Assembly (NCBI GenBank): GCA_030141605.1
Contig: JAQGDQ010000128.1
Location: 248,001 to 312,000, forward strand
Reading direction: 5' to 3'
Length of the DNA stretch: 64,000 nt
From: Tubiluchus corallicola
Taxonomy: Eukaryota > Animalia > Priapulida
Shown here: positions 41,478-64,000 of the stretch, one piece after another
How the letters are laid out: each line of letters opens with the position of its first letter
How positions within the stretch are numbered: the stretch's first letter is position 1
The notes under the pieces: model-generated
What the model was told of the DNA's origin: nothing
The model's input: only the letters and a program-made list of their open reading frames with translations
Databases searched by the model: none
Position numbers and translations under genes: made by a program

Positions 41478-42054
41478 CATTCGGAACTTTTTCTTAGTAC
41501 TTGCTGACGTATCGAACGTATTTTGCCATTTCGCGTTGGAACAAGAGTTACTCTGACGCTTTTTCAATGTGCCGTGATGTGAAGGCATAAGTATATCGGA
41601 GATGTGAAATTATTTTTTATTTTGTCGTAACTTTCATTGTCGTTTGTGATTTCACACGGTTTATTCATATACGGACTGTGAGCGAACACGTTTTACTTAT
41701 TGTTCATTTCCAGACTGTGACACTTTATGCGAAACACGTTTCACTTGGACATTAAGTCCGATATTGTAACAGCTTGTACCTTACGTCGTAAAAGTTTGAT
41801 TTCGTAAACTACCAAGTGAAATTTCTTCCTGGAAGCTAATTTTTGTCCTGACACATTTTGGATTCTACACCTAGACGAAAAGGCATAAATATGTCGATGT
41901 TTTGACAAAAAAATGAAAAAACAGACAAAAGTCACGTAGTGACAATATGGTTAGACGAAAAGCATCACTGCCAACTAAGTTTCATTGTCAGGACTCGTAG
42001 TAATTTCCATTCACAGTTATAAATATATCCGGAATTACTGATTTTTTTATCAAG

Positions 42055-63357
<21,303 letters not shown>

Positions 63358-64000
63358 CTTGTAATTTATTCAATGTAAATATGAAAGAGATCATAAACTG
63401 GTCTGTACTATGTGTTTAAGGTAAAGTTTCACTGAGCACAAATGCGTGTGCCATATTGTGATAAGATGCGTGTGAAATCACGTGATACGGTTTTCTTGAA
63501 TTTCAGTGGCAGCCCACAGATTTGACACATTCGTTTTTTTGGGGGAAGTTGCGATGGCTAATTATTAACTTGCATATGTTACTAATGTTAAATGTATATT
63601 GTATATATATTTATAGGACTGTAATGATGTGCTTTTAGTTAACAGTGTAATATGATCGAAAATGAAAAAGAAAGCTGAGATTAGAATTATATGTGTATAC
63701 TAATTGCAATAACCTCATTAACCTGCACAGACAATTTTTTTCATAATGAAATAATTTATTCCGTTGTTTTTATATTTCACAACTATACACTTCCTCCCTT
63801 TAACCATTAGTATCCGTTTGTCAATTAGTTTATAATAATTGGCAAACTTTACTGTATGTATAATTAGGAAAAAACTTCATTTTTTGTTTAACATTTCAAC
63901 ACAGGTTTTGAACTGGCTTTACAAGCTTTTTTCTTTTTAGGATCTGCAAATTAGAATCTCTGCTTGTTTAACAACAGTTTGTTAAAAACTTTCAGAGGAT

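Overview
AT-rich, intron-containing genomic DNA from an animal, most likely a bilaterian invertebrate. There are no prokaryotic features, CRISPR arrays, rRNA or tRNA genes that I can support. Five spliced protein-coding genes were assembled by hand with GT-AG, phase-consistent junctions: (1) the 5' part of an SLC16/MCT monocarboxylate transporter (minus strand, runs off the left edge); (2) a complete RCE1 CAAX prenyl protease 2 (minus, 9 exons, 292 aa); (3) a complete MAP1LC3C-like Atg8 gene (plus, 4 exons, 131 aa), head-to-head with RCE1; (4) a complete lysosomal/gastric acid-lipase family gene (plus, 9 coding exons, intact catalytic triad); (5) a complete invertebrate-type SMOC/Pentagone gene (plus, 12 exons, about 576 aa; Kazal-TY-EC-TY-EC). 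Introns and intergenic DNA carry decayed mobile elements: Harbinger, Tc1, pogo/Tigger and hAT MITEs or relics, a Helentron-like element, CR1/L2-type LINE relics, and a Penelope-type inverted element with minimal hammerhead-like cores. The best leads are Smad/Schnurri-type BMP-response elements at SMOC, a chain of TAA-ATG-coupled uORFs before LC3C, the hammerhead-like pair in a lipase intron, and hidden symmetric cassette exons in SMOC. None of these is shown to be a new system; they are hypotheses.
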